Shown: positions 28,146 to 41,573 of the stretch, piece by piece
How positions within the stretch are numbered: position 1 is the stretch's first letter
How the letters are laid out: each line of letters starts with the position of its first letter
Translations under genes and position numbers: made by a program
The notes under the pieces: model-generated
The model's input: the letters and a program-made list of their open reading frames with translations, nothing else
The model's database searches: none
Told to the model about the DNA's origin: nothing
DNA from: Epiperipatus broadwayi
Lineage: Eukaryota; Animalia; Onychophora
DNA length: 64,000 nucleotides
Reading direction: 5' to 3'
Assembly (NCBI GenBank): GCA_028023455.1
Contig: JAQFVV010000006.1
Span: 16,058,001 to 16,122,000, forward strand

Positions 28146-29455
28146 TTTCCAAAAAAATGGACTGGTTAAATAATTTGCACACACTAACAATAACACAAAA
28201 TGAAGAATGATACAGGCTATAAATATGGGAGCAAATGTGCCCCAAAAGCACTAAGCCAGAATTAATACAATTACAATAATAGCTTCACTGGCATGTATTG
28301 GAAGCACAGTATAATAATTAAAAAGTATGATAATGAATTCAAGGGAAAAGATTTGTGGGTAATAATGTAAAGGGCTGAGTGGATGAGATAAAATATATAC
28401 ATTTATAGATTTAAAAAAAAAAAAACATTTCTTGATGTAAATTGGTGATTCAAGAAATGAAATTCAGCATTTATCATAACTCCGAATATATTTTCCAAAT
28501 TATAATGAGTTTGACACTTTATTTCATCTATGAATATAAGACTATCAAGAAATGAGACATTTTAATTAACAAAGAAAACTAAAGTGGAGTGATAGCAAGA
28601 TCTTCAACAGTAGCATCCATATTGTCACAATGCTCTGTTGCTCATCAAAATGCTAATCTGATTTATCTATTCAAAATAAATGGGGGAAAGCATTCTATTA
28701 GGAGACATCAATTCTAAGTAAAACAGATTTTCATAAGAGCTTTGAAAAGGTCATTGACGCCTTTTTATTCATCAATATTGGAATCTTACATCTAATAATT
28801 CAAACTCATTTCCAAATTTAAATTCATCTACATTACAAAAAACAAAAATATGCTGAAGAGAAAGTTATTGAATAGAAGCAATAAATGGACTATTTTTAAT
28901 TTAAAAGCATCACTTGACCGATATTGTCTTTAGATAAATTTAACTTTAGCCCAGATATAAACTTTAACTTCTCTCACTTTTTCTAATCCATACACGGTTT
29001 CTTAGACGTATGTTTTTAAGCATTGACATTAAAAATTTCATAGTCTACGAATTTTTAATTCAACGAATTATTTTATTTTGAAAGACATCTAATAGATAAA
29101 AAGAGTATTAAAAGGTTTCTTCCAAGTATAAGAATAATGATATTAGAAGATTAACTTTGTGCTTAAGAAGTTAAAAAAAGTGAAGATTAATTTTTTGGTA
29201 TTAGATAAAACCCAACTTTTAAAAAAAAAGTAATTTTAAAAATATGGAGATATGATCTGCCAAAGTTAAATTTTAAGCCAAGGTAACACCTACTGGAATC
29301 TTTGGTACAGTTTTTCATATAGCTATCAAAAAAAGAATTGACACATTAAACTCAAGGTTTCAAGAAAAGATTTTGCATCCTGGTTTAAAATCATCTATTA
29401 TAAGCTTGAGTATAATCAGTAGTTAATCAATGGTCTAAAACTATAATATTTCCAT

Positions 29456-29495
29456 TTTCAGACCAGTTTCTGGCTTTGGCCTTCATCAGTATGAA
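29456..29495 (-). ncRNA. Type I hammerhead, family A-like solo remnant
   Basis: ttcata CTGATGA a ggc caaa gcc a GAAA ctg GTC tgaaa; core intact, stem I weakened. Confidence 0.7.
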
Positions 29496-30006
29496 CTACA
29501 ATTGGGAACTAATATATTTATGCATCTAAAACACTTTTTATTCCTTTTTTTTAAATTAATCTAATAGCTTGAAATTAAAAAAAATGTAAAGTCTTGAATC
29601 CAGGCCAACTCATTTGCATAATTATATAGATTTGACTTGAGATCATTTTCTATAAATTTTAAAAATTTCAATTTTATAGCAACTGTAGGCTTTTTAGATT
29701 AATAGCAATATTTATACCATGTGATTTTCTTATTTGCTTATTATATGATATTGTTTATCAGTTACTATCACAGGATAAAAAAGTGCTGCAGACTATACAA
29801 GTAAAGAAAGTCATAATGCAAAATTAACAGTTAAAGTAAACTTTTGTTAGATATTATGCATAAAAGAAAATATATATATTGTAGTTTTAATATAAAAATT
29901 ATCAAACAGATTGATGCTCAAGAAATCATGGATCATTTTCAACTGTAAAAAAAAAAAAAAAATCATGTGACATTCTCAACTGTAATAAAAACCAAAGCTT
30001 GAAATT

Positions 30007-31156
30007 ATGAGGGATTTGAACACAGACTTTCAAGCTCCCTTCAGTTATTTTCTCTATCTCATACAACCAATATACATTGCCACACACATGTGAAAAAGAT
30101 AAATGATCTGCAATACACGTATTTTGTGCTGAACCAGCACTCACCAGTTCGTCCAGATCATCATCTCCCACAAGTTAGCAAATCTTCAAACTTTAATAAA
30201 CAGGTTTCAGTCTACTCCACTCTTCAATTCTTTAGCCATCCATACCATTGAAAATCTGATGATGGAAGGCCCATATCTCTTGTTGGTGCCAATTTTATTG
30301 TCATGCCCATGTTAAAAGTCACTCTGACCCCTCATGTATTGGACCTTATCCATTTAAACACACAGAAGATGGATGAGCAGAATACAGGCTGAATCTGTAA
30401 TATTTATTGAATACAAATTTAATTTATATATTTGGAGTTTTAGATGTAAATTATGAGGGATTTGAACACAGACTTTCCCGCTTCCTTCAGCTATTTTCTC
30501 TATCTCATACAACCGATAATTTATCTTTTTCACATGTGAGTGGACATGTATATCGGTTTGTATGAGTTACAGTGAACAGTTGAAGGAAGATTGAACGTCT
30601 GTGTTCAAATCCTTCATAATTTACTTCTAAAACTCCCAAGTCTATAAATTATACTTGTATTCAAATAAATATTACAGTTTCAGCCTGTATTCTGCTCATC
30701 CCTCTCCTGTGTATTTAAATAAATAAGGTTCTATACATGAGAGGTCAGAGTGACTTAAAGACAACATGGGCATGATAATAAAATTAGCATCAAGAAGGGA
30801 TTTATGTATTCCATCATCAGAGTTTTAATGGTATGCATGGCTAAAGAATTGGAGGGTGGAATAGATTGAAGCCTGCCCATTAAAGTTTGAAGATTTGCTA
30901 TCTTAATATAAATGGAGCATTGATTATATATGTGTGTGTGGGAGAGATGATGATCTGGATTAAACATGAGTGCTGGTTCAGAAGAAAATACATATATTGG
31001 AGATCATTTATCTTTTTCACGAGTGTAGTCAGGTGTGTCAGTTGTATGAGATAGAGCAAATAGCTGAAGGCAGCATTAAAGTCTGGGTTCAAATCCTTTA
31101 TAATTTACATCTAAAACTTCAAGTGTATAAATTATACTTGTATTCAATTAAATATT
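30007..31156. mobile_element. Family B tandem-plus-inverted HHR element (B1)
   Basis: Left arm repeats at 446-bp period (atgagggatttgaacacag 30007/30453), right arm at 484-bp period (gttcaaatcc 30603/31087); inversion near 30535; 12-bp direct repeat aagcttgaaatt at 29995-30006 and 31157-31168; degenerate HHRs at 30103-30163 (-) and 30947-31012 (+). Confidence 0.9.
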
Positions 31157-31416
31157 AAGCTTGAAATTGTAAATCCATTACCCCCACTATGATAAAATAC
31201 ACAAAATAAATTATTATTGATGATGATAGTAATGATGATGATGATGATGATGATTCTTATTTCAAAATCTTAACTGCAATGTTTCAAAAAGATAGCAAAT
31301 AACAGAGAATTACCACTTGATATTCATGACCATAGCGTCCTATTGCACTAATATCCCTAACTGCATTCAGACCAAGAGTTTAAACGCACATATTACAAAT
31401 TTATTACTTATCTGAA

Positions 31417-31600
31417 GCCTTATGGTGTAGTGGTTACCACAATCTTATTATGCTTACCATACGGAGTTGTTTTTTTTTTTTCCAAATCACCAACAAACTG
31501 GTTAAAATTTGTCTTTCCATAGACGGCCAACAACTAGTCGGGCTAAAAGTCAGTAAATGGGTATTTATTTATTTCTAGCTAGAAAGTATAGTAGTCAGAT
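31417..31600 (+). mobile_element. tRNA-derived SINE with gtaaatgggta core
   Basis: A-box-like tggtgtagtggtta; the core motif agtaaatgggtat recurs at about 8660 (-), 8955 (-), 33445 (-) and 48830 (+). Confidence 0.5.
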
Positions 31601-32887
31601 GCCCTTACTGCAAAATTTAAAAAAAAAAAACCGCTCGAATTTCGATTTAGTTTTCAAAATTGTTGAGGGAAAGGGATGGGGGAGGGGGGTTATAATCCAA
31701 GAGCTGAGGCTGCGCCTATGTTTATTTTAGATCATTTATAATTTTAGTTAGAGTTCCGCTTTTTCTTTTTATCCTATGATTTTAAAAATTATATAATAAA
31801 ATATTTTATGAACTAAATATTGAAAGTTTGACTTTAACTCTTTGTTAAAGAGTAATGGAATAATAATATTTATATTGAAACGGGCTTAGCTGGAATAAAA
31901 AAGTGGAAGAGATTCTGATAGCCTTTAATCAATGAAAACAACAACCTGCTTAATGTTCTTGAAACCATTTTATTAGCTCGGAAAGAGTGACCAGTATTAG
32001 TTTCCTGTCTAAATCAATTGTTATTAGAGGAGATGGGGGGAAAGTAGATACTCCAGTAAGATTAATGTTGAGGGAAATCACTGATCGATTGAAATTTACT
32101 ATGGCTTCCAGAAGGGATTAGCAAAATACAATACTGTATTAAGAGTATGCTTTTTTTTTTCACGTGGCTAGCGGAGTGATAAATGTCTTTTCCCTGTCCA
32201 TCGTTTAGTGTCAAAAGAATTAGAAGCAATTATTTATAGCTTATTTAAATAATTTCTTTATTTAGTATAACACTTATGTATATACATTAAGTAGTTTAGA
32301 ATATTTTGTAATTAATTTAATTGTTATATTTACATTATAAATTTTCATTAGTTACTGTGGCGGTAAACACGCCTGCCATGTTTGACGACCTGGGCTTGAA
32401 AATATCGAATAATACTTGGATTTTTTTTTTTTCGGATTCCAAACAATTTTATTTCAAATATCCGTTTCATAGCCAGCCCAGTTTATCATACAACATCGGT
32501 GAGATAGTATTTTGTTATCCTTAAATAGAGAATAAAACGAGAGTGGGATAAAACTCAAATCTTCACCAACCGCACTTACCAAATCTGTTTCTCTACTGTC
32601 GGAAAAACCTTTGATCTTAGCGGATTATTTTATATAAAAATCAAATAATTTTGATTTTATATAGCTTGTTCTTACAGTGTGTGTGTGTAGTATACATTTG
32701 TTGTCATTAGTTTGCTATTATATATACTTTCCTTGGATTTTCTTTTTTATCAGCAAATTAAATACAAAATGACTTTTGGTTTGCTTACTGTCCTTATTTT
32801 AATTAATATATTTGTTTATTTACTAATGGTAGAGCGTTAATTAATAAATCTGTTTTGTTTACTATTATAATTGTGATTATTGCCCTG

Positions 32888-32955
32888 CGGAATTTAGTTT
32901 AGTGGTAGAACATCAATCACTAAAGTGTGAGATCCTTGGATCGAATCCAGTAACA
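32888..32955 (+). mobile_element. tRNA-like SINE head or tRNA pseudogene
   Basis: tagtttagtggtagaac (A box, D arm) and ggatcgaatcc (B box); anticodon and acceptor stems do not pair well. Confidence 0.55.
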
Positions 32956-33013
32956 ACTCTCGAATAATAACGCCATTCTGCTATTATTTTATATAGCGCG
33001 ATGTTTTATAAAC

Positions 33014-33226
33014 TAATATTTAAACAGCATTAAGCTGTTGCACATGCGCTTTGCAGATTTTAACTATAAATGAATGAATACTAACACTTCAAACACATGA
33101 TAAAGTCTTAGGCCATTCTATCTTTTCCAAAAGACTTTATCATGTGTTTGAAGTGTTAGTATTCATTCATTTATAGTTAAAATCTGCAAAGCGCATGTGC
33201 AACAGCTTAATGCTGTTTAAATATTA
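33014..33226. repeat. Perfect 96-bp inverted repeat of family F
   Basis: 33014-33109 is the exact reverse complement of 33131-33226; 21-bp spacer. Confidence 0.95.
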
Positions 33227-34198
33227 CTATTATTATAGTAACTAATATTATTTAAAATTGATGTATATAGTGAATAAAAGTTATTTAAAATTGCGCGTTG
33301 AAACGGGGGGGGGGATATTGAAGACCCTCCCCTAATAAAAACAATAAAAAGCATTATTCTCTGTATTTTCCAAATAATGATAGTTTGGTGTTTGAGTATT
33401 TGTTTCCACTTTTGTTTTACTCTTTAGCAGAAAATTAAGTTAATACCCATTTACTGACCAATACTGAAGTGGACTGCTTATGGCCCTGCTATCTGAAAGG
33501 AAAATTCTAAGCTTTATTAGGATACCCAAAAATTCAATCATAATAAACATTTGTGTGCATTATCAAATTATTATTCACAATAAAGCCCTGTGCAGTGGAA
33601 TGATTAATGAACTCTGAGCTAAAGTCTTTTTAATCAAATCTCAATAATCAGCGTGTTTCTTGAAGATGGCTAAATCTTGTGAGCAATTAAACATTTACTT
33701 AGTATATCGACAGTAAATATAATACCCATATGATTAATTACTCATATGACATTTGAGCATTTAAACTCAGATGAAAATTCATCCAGATATCTCTAGCTTT
33801 TGATACTTCCACACTACCATTATACTAACCTACACTAATTATCACTATCAATGACCATGAGATTAAAAACTGTAGCACATTGCTGTTATTTTACCTATTG
33901 AAGATATCCACAATCAGAAAACACCATAAATGTATTTATTTATGTAAAAATAATACAGAAACTTTCTTTGATTAAATGTTATGCAAAATATTATAGCTTT
34001 CCTAACAATAAAAACCCACAGAAAACAGTTCCATGAATTCAGAATTAATAATATTTAAAATAAATAATTATAATGACAGAGTTGATGAGTATAGCAAAAC
34101 TTAAACTAATCATATCAGTTTCTGTTAAAATTAATTTCTCCAAGTGACTTTTAAAACTTGAAATAAGTAATGATGGTGTGAAATACCAAATAACATGC

Positions 34199-34685
34199 AG
34201 TATCAGGCTCTCCATGCAGTAGTGCTACCTGGTGCAGATGTTAGTAATCGATAGATGCAAGAAGGTTTGTGCATAAAATCCCTATCCCCGACTAGTTTCT
34301 AGCTTGTGATTTTTATCAGCAAGGAGACTTGTATCTGAGAATCCTGCTGTGCCTAGACCTTTAAATCTAGTACCATACCCTCCAACAGCCACCTTTTACC
34401 TCTTTAGGTAACTGTAAAGCTATGAAGATTGCCTTAAATCCTAAGTTCTAGATGCATTGCTCTCAGATCCAGAACTCCTCACTGATGAACCCACAAGCTA
34501 GAAACTAGTCTGGGAATATTGGATGAGTAGGCACTACACAGGGATTATATGCACACCTTTTTGCATCCATTGATTACTAAGGCTTGCACTAGATAGCACT
34601 ATTATATGGAGAGTTAGTTATTGTGTTGATAGCTTATAGAAGCATAGGAAATGGTGATTATATGATGCTTAAGTGGTTTTATACT
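34199..34685. mobile_element. Family A foldback (A7) with two HHRs
   Basis: Inverted arms with the tail on the right; 12-bp direct repeat caaataacatgc at 34187-34198 and 34686-34697; degenerate HHR at 34286-34326 (-, CTGATAA). Confidence 0.88.
34477..34515 (+). ncRNA. Type I hammerhead (family A), core intact
   Basis: cctca CTGATGA a ccc acaa gct a GAAA cta GTC tggga; one mismatch in stem II. Confidence 0.75.
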
Positions 34686-35257
34686 CAAATAACATGCTGG
34701 TGTAGTAAAGAAATAATGACTGAAATATATTTTTTGTATTGAGCTATGAGATTAATGCAAACCCAATACATTCAGTTATGCAAATTAAGAGAGACTTGTG
34801 ACTCTATTAAAAGTGACAGTCATACAATCATGTATGTTTCCAGTATTATTCTGCATAGATAAAGTTGATTTATAAAATAAATACTATATTTGAGACACAA
34901 ACGTTTTACTGTATCTAATCTTCTACTTGTTGTTAGCATAAAATAAGATTCTGCAGACCATAAAGTTGAGAAAGCACACATTTATTTGACTCTCTCCATA
35001 TCGTAAGTGCACAGAATAAAATACTTTGATCAGATTTCTAGATATACTAAAGGATATTAATAGAAAGAAATTTAGATAAATATTGAATTTATGTAAATGC
35101 AAGCAAAAGACATAAGCATGAAATATGGATACAGTAAGATAAAGATATTCTTGAATAAACTCAATATTGATACAAATGCAATTATCATAGATGTTTTTAA
35201 TAACCTCCACACCACCACCATGTTTTCAATTCATGAATAAAGACATTGTAAAAGATA

Positions 35258-35300
35258 AATGATTCCCAATTTCATCACTAAACCAGCCCTCATCAGTTGG
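35258..35300 (-). ncRNA. Family B-type hammerhead with stem III deleted
   Basis: ccaa CTGATGA gggctggtttagtgat GAAA|ttgggaatcatttatc. Confidence 0.6.
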
Positions 35301-35814
35301 CTCTGGTCACATATCACATATATCTTTATCATATATTCAGTATTTTGATTATATGCCATAATTAAATCACATGATTTTGACATGATCCACTCTAAATAAA
35401 TACAATAATAATTATGAATGTACCAGTTATGTTAATAGCCTGAAATTGAAAAACTTCTAAGGTTTTGAAACCAAGACAACTTATTTGTATAATTATATAG
35501 ACTATATAATATGCCATTTTCTATATATTTTAAAGAGGCTCAGTTTTATTGAATTTCAGGCTATAGGCTTGACTAATACAAAGAAATAAAATGTGTTTTT
35601 AGATACATAATGCATTAGCTCAGCTTTGAATTTTACTTCTCAGTGGTAAAGACAAATGCAAGAAATTAGTCTGAGAATGAGATTACAGCCCTCCAATACC
35701 TGGTCTCCAGATTAAAGTTGATGGCACCAGAATAAATGAAGAGAACTTCTCTTTTTTATTACATATTTAGTTATTGATTTGGGCCACAGTTCCTGGAATA
35801 TATAATTCTGTCTT

Positions 35815-36089
35815 ACACTAAAGATCAGCCTTTCAAGATAATGTACACACGCTTTTTACAAATGTTAATACTAATAAATGAGTACTTTCATTTTCAACAC
35901 AAGATAAAGTCTTTTCGAAAGAATAAAATGAATCCACTTATTCTTTCAACCCAAATGTGTTGGAAATGAAAGTATTCATTTATTAGTATTAACATTCATA
36001 AAAAGCACATGTACGTTAGCTTGAAAGGCTGATCTTTAGTTTATTACAATTTATAACCATCGTGCTATATAAATAAATGCCTCATTTAC
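35815..36089. mobile_element. Family F-related asymmetric foldback
   Basis: ctaaagatcagcctttcaag... / ...cttgaaaggctgatctttag arms; 13-bp direct repeat ataattctgtctt at 35802-35814 and 36090-36102. Confidence 0.8.
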
Positions 36090-36739
36090 ATAATTCTGTC
36101 TTGTGTGTGTAAAGCTGTAGTGAAATAGGTTTTATTATAATAAGATCACTAAATTAAACATTCTATGTTTATAAGAATATTTAAATAAAAAATAGAATTG
36201 TTATATTACTGTGGTAATGGTCTTGCAGTTAAATAATGGTGATAAGTTCTAACTTATGAGTCCCGCAGTCATTGGTTCAAATTTTTCATCATATAGTGAT
36301 CGATGAAATGCTACAAGAATAATGTATATAGTGCTTTAAAAATGTAATAAATCTCTGAGCACTGGTGCCCTAGTTTCAAAGCAATCACATTGCAAATAGA
36401 AAATAAAATTTCCTTTTGTATGCTGTCCAAACTGTTTTACTGTTCATAGATTAAAACAATTATAATTTCAAAGGTAGGTATAAAATCATTAAGAATGAAT
36501 TGTAATTGTGTATATCTATGTTTTTAACAATTGCAAATGAAAATTTTATTTTCTTCATATGAATTACTTTCTTTGCACATAGACTCAGCTGAGTGTGCTT
36601 GTGGTGTGGTACACCAGAATAATATTTCTCTCAGAGTAGCTAGATGTGCTGCCATATTTATTGAGAAGTAATTGTGGTAATTATTTAAATTAATTTTAGA
36701 TATTCTATTGGGTTGAAAGTTGAAGACTGTTTTCTTTCT

Positions 36740-36870
36740 TATTGATTGTGATTATGGTTGGTAATAAACTATGCCTCAATTTTTCTCTTCCTATCATCTT
36801 GTTTCATGCAAACTAGGTTGACATTTTTTGGATTGAAGGGATGACCAAATTGTTGTTCATGCTCCCAGTA
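36740..36870 (-). mobile_element. Penelope-like GIY-YIG C-terminal remnant
   Basis: EHEQQFGHPFNPKNVNLVCMKQDDRKRKIEA*FI. Confidence 0.65.
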
Positions 36871-39800
36871 GACAGATTTATATTTGGGATTATTTTTGTG
36901 CACTTATATTTGTGTTATATGTGTATATATATTCACATAAAAAGCTTATTAAAAATTCTTTAATTTGTAGTCAAAGCAATCTCTATAAGTAAAGGTATAG
37001 ATGTTGCCTTGACAACAAATTGAAGATTTGAGGTTTAGATAAGCTTAGGCTGTTATCTTGTGATTGTATTTATAAAACCACCTAATTTTATGTGAAATCA
37101 AGTTTATTAACTAAGTAATCATTAATATTCAGCAGAGCCACAATATCTATTATATATTATTCCAAGTCCACTCATGTACATTGTACATCATGTTTTGTTG
37201 ATAAACTTTGATTACAATAGAAATATATTTTGTTTATTAAATTACAAGTATATATACACATAATTATAACACAAGCATCTTTTATATGTATAGTATATAT
37301 TGTACCGTTCACGGTACAAATAAGATTTTATTATACGATTCACGATCTTGTATTCAGCGACCAAATTGCATTAGATTATAAATCACCAGTCTGAAATGAA
37401 TTTAAGCAACTTATCTGCAGCAATTATTTTTCCTGGTCACTTAATCCTATTTTACACAATTCAATTCTACTTGAAAAAAAAAGTAAACCAGCTTTTATTT
37501 ATTTAAGGTGCCAGAACTTGTATTTAGAGTACACTGGTTGAACCCCCCCCCCTTTTTTTTTTTAAACTGAACTAAACAACCTATTTAAAATACACGGAGG
37601 ATTGTATTTCTCATACAGAGTCAGAAGTTTATTTACTGGCCGACAACCATGGTGGATTTTTTTAAGAATTTCAATAAACAATATTTGTAATAATTAACAC
37701 CAACATAAGTTATATTATTTTATTAATCTATACTAAAATATTTTTACTAAGGTTAGAATAACAACATTTAATAGTGATAATAACAAGAGAGATTAAATAG
37801 AGTGAAACCATTTCTGAGATTTCCATTTAATTTAAGCAAACACTTAATGGTTATAGTTCAAGTAAGAAAGAAAAAACATAGTTTAAGAAAAATAGTGATC
37901 ACTTTAAAGTTTCTTATCGGTAAGTTATTGTTAACAAAGCATATTATAAGTTCTACCATGCATGGATTTATTTTGAATGAGGAGATCCATGGTCTGTTAC
38001 TGGAGTAGCACATGGTTCTAAATTCTGTAGATGACTTCACTCAGGGTCTGGTGCAACATTGGGCAGAAACAACACCGGCAAATGATTTCTTTTACTCATA
38101 CATTTTAGATAAGCTGATACACTGATGAGTCCTTCAGCACATTCTTCATAACTTTGTACAAGGTTTTCTTTCTTTCACAATTGATCTCATAAGTACAGCT
38201 CTCAGGTTTCTCCTTCACTTTTTCTCTTTGTTTCTGAATGTCCTATATGATGCACTTTTCCTTTTATATATTTGATCTTTTATTTTTTTCTGTGCATTAC
38301 CTGTTGACACCTATTAGTTCATCTCAATTTTTGTAGAATTTTGTCTTTAAATTCGTACTTTCTTCTCTTAGAATTGCCATCTTTAATTATGATCAACTGC
38401 TATGCTTTGTGTGACTAATGGTTTTTGGTGATAAAAAGTTATTTTCTTATCTCGTTTTTTTATTTAATACACACAAAAATAGTTTTCTCCCTTTCTCTCT
38501 CTCAAGTTAGTTTTTTAAGACAAACGAAAAAAATGTATATAACCAACTTTGTGTAAATCAAATTAAATATTTAAAACAAATGGAATATTCTATTTAAGTA
38601 CTTTACAAATTTGATTTCTAAAAACTGCCAACTTAATTTGTACTAAAATAAATGTAGTACAATATATATATATATTGTTGAATTAAATATTTTCATAGAT
38701 TGTTATTATATCCATGCAAACAGAGATAACTTTTAGCTCTTAATGTTGCTAAGAAATTATAAATTACTACTAATTGACAATTTCTAAGGCTAAATAAGTT
38801 TGCTCATTAACTTACAGCTGGAGTTTTTTGTTAAAATAAATTGATAAACAAAAATTTTAAAAAATGTAGTTATTATTAAAAAAATTATGTGAGAACATTT
38901 ATATATATATACTCTGTATGTTTAATCATTCACATTCACTCAAAAAATAAAAAAAAGACTTTATTATATCATATTTTTATTTTTTAAATAAAATGAACAA
39001 CAAAATGTTCAATTTTTATCACAATTAAATACATTTTGAGTGGAATCCTTTTTCTTCAATAACTTTTTTTCCCCATTGAAACATAATAGCAGTCTTGTTT
39101 TCAATATTCACTGTGGTTATTTTGATGTTTTTAAATTTGTATTGACTTTACAAATGTTTTTGAATTTCCTAAAACTTTTAGTATTATACTTAAAAAATAT
39201 TTTATTACATGAAAAACTGTACATCAAATTTGGAAAAAAAATAATAACAAAAAAGGATTAAATAGATGTGCTTTCATCATAAATCAAAGGGATGGTGTTC
39301 TGTGGAGTAAAAAGGACTGCTGCAATGGAAAAATGACTGCCTGCATTCAATGTGCTTTCGTGTTTGTTTATTTATATTTTTGTTTGTTTACATTTGTTTG
39401 TTTTTTATGGATAGGGTATAAATGAAATAATGTATATTGATAGAGCATAATTTGTGTTTCACTCTCTAAAAGAATGCTATGAAAAATCAGTCCAATACTG
39501 CTTGTTTTTTTTTGACCTTGAAAAATCTTGCTATTTTAAATTTACATTTAGCTCATGTGACATGAGGATGCCCTGCACAGTTGGTAGAGCATCCAACTTT
39601 GCATTGGGATGTCTTAGAAATTCTGTTTGTTTGGATCAAATCTTATAATCAATTTTGAGCATACTTCTAACAAACAGATTTTCTTCAAACTTGGTGCACA
39701 TGTTAGGTATCAATGACAGTGCAATATTTCAGAATTGTCCAGCCTTAACAGTATTGGCAAATCAAATTTGAACTTCATTCATATCAATTCAGTAACTTTT

Positions 39801-41285
39801 CAGAGATGCACACTAGATGGCAGTATATTTTTAAAATGCTTTCATTGAATTTTGTGACTAATTCACTAAAAAACATTTATCATTCATTTAAATAGAAAGA
39901 AAAAGAGATAAAGGATAAAATCTTAATTTCTCTTGATTGTTTACCTAAAACTTGCCTTTTTAAAAATGCTACTTTTATAAACACAAAAACCTTGTAAACA
40001 ATTATTAACCTGCATGAATTTGATTTCAAATATTGGAAATATGGTAACATTGTTTAGATTCTGTTTTTAAATTTGAATGAGAATAAATACCGAAGTCAAT
40101 TGCTGCAAAACATCTAAATAGTAAAAAACAAAGAATTATATATATATAATATTTTACAAAAATGCTTTTAATTGTAAAAATAGTGATTGTTTGTTCTGAA
40201 CGTGATGACAGAAAATAAAAGTCAAATAGTGATGTGGTTTATTTCTAACAGTTCGGATGCAATTAACAAGAATGAAAATTGCATTCAACTATCTAAAAAA
40301 TGGAATATTTAAATTAGTAATTTAACTAATTGGTGTACCATTTAGACAGCACAATGCAACCTCAGTTCATGAGCCCTATGATTCTGGTTCCAATGACCAA
40401 AACTATGCTCAGTAAGAATAAAGAAATTAACAATGAATAATCTTTTCTTAAGTCAATGTTTAAAAATGATGATATATATCTATTGCAAATCATGTAAGAA
40501 GAGAAGGAAAAAGCTATGAAAATCACAATACATATTAATATATATGCAATGATACTTTAAAATAGCAATATCCTGACCAGAGAGTGAAAAGTGTCTACAG
40601 TTACCATTAAATGCTGTCAATAAAATAAAATAATTACTGATTAACTGTCATATATACATAACTATATTATAAAGTTGGCTTGGGATCAAATGTTTAGGAT
40701 GCTTTGAATTTCAGGCTACTAACATGATCATATAAAGGTAAAATAAGTTGTTGTTTTTTAAAAATCCACTGCAGATAAAACACTTCTCCAGAAACTCTCA
40801 TAGATGAACAGTGAAAAATAAAGCAATATTCTTCAGGCATTAATTTCTAGATGGTGAGGGTTTTTCATCCTTGTTTTACTTTGTGATTAACAGTAGCAAA
40901 ATACCTATTTATAACTTGACCCAGATTTGAATCTTAGTTCATAGACATGACAAGTGGGTATTCTATCCCTGTTTTCTGATACCCTTCAGATTGATAATAT
41001 AAAGAAAAATGAGATGTATTAAGTTCACAATTCCTCATTTTACAACTACTACAAGCCATAAGTTGGCCATGTGGTTGATGTAAAAGAACTTCTATCTGAC
41101 AGCCATTCCCTGAGCCATTGTTTATTCAAACTTACAAAAGATAGTTCTAGAGTAAAGAAAACTGTTTCTAAAGGCATATGATATAATATTTAAATAATCT
41201 AAAATAGAAATTAATAAAATTCATTATGCTGTTCCTTCATATAAATTATAATAAGTAATAAAAATCAACAGCTATATATATATAT

Positions 41286-41573
41286 ATTAATACTAATTAC
41301 ACATAAAATGCCCTTTTCAGCACATTTTGTGCTCTTTTCAAATGTTAATCATCTATTTTAACATTAATCAATTATCGCAGATACAACACCATCTAGTGTA
41401 CTATAGTGAAAGTTTTATAATGCAATGTTTTATTTTATTGTTTTACTTCCATTATAGAACACTAGATGGTGTTCTATCTGCAATATTGGGTTAATGTTAA
41501 AATAGATGATTAACATTTGAAAAGGTAAGAAACCATGTGTTTAAAAAGGCTTTTATGTGTAATTATTATTAAT
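41286..41573. repeat. Imperfect approximately 290-bp palindrome
   Basis: ttttcaaatgttaatcatctattttaacattaa...caccatctagtgt / acactagatggtg...ttaatgttaaaatagatgattaacatttgaaaa. Confidence 0.85.

Noticed and set aside
28680-28720. APE-like ILLGDINSK motif
   Set aside because: Isolated 9-aa match with no supporting flanks.
30256-30262. Second conserved CTGATGA on the opposite strand of family B (also about 30826 and, as CTGATGG, about 59400): a possible two-polarity ribozyme in one monomer
   Set aside because: No stem II followed by GAAA and no NUH context in any of the three copies.
32888-32955. Functional tRNA gene
   Set aside because: Anticodon and acceptor stems do not pair; kept only as a SINE head or pseudogene.
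38122-38150. CTGATGAgtcc HHR-like start
   Set aside because: No GAAA, stem III or stem I partner.
38050-38390. pogo-like N-terminal remnant (SKRRKYEFKDKIL) on the minus strand
   Set aside because: Many stops and no catalytic motifs to confirm it.
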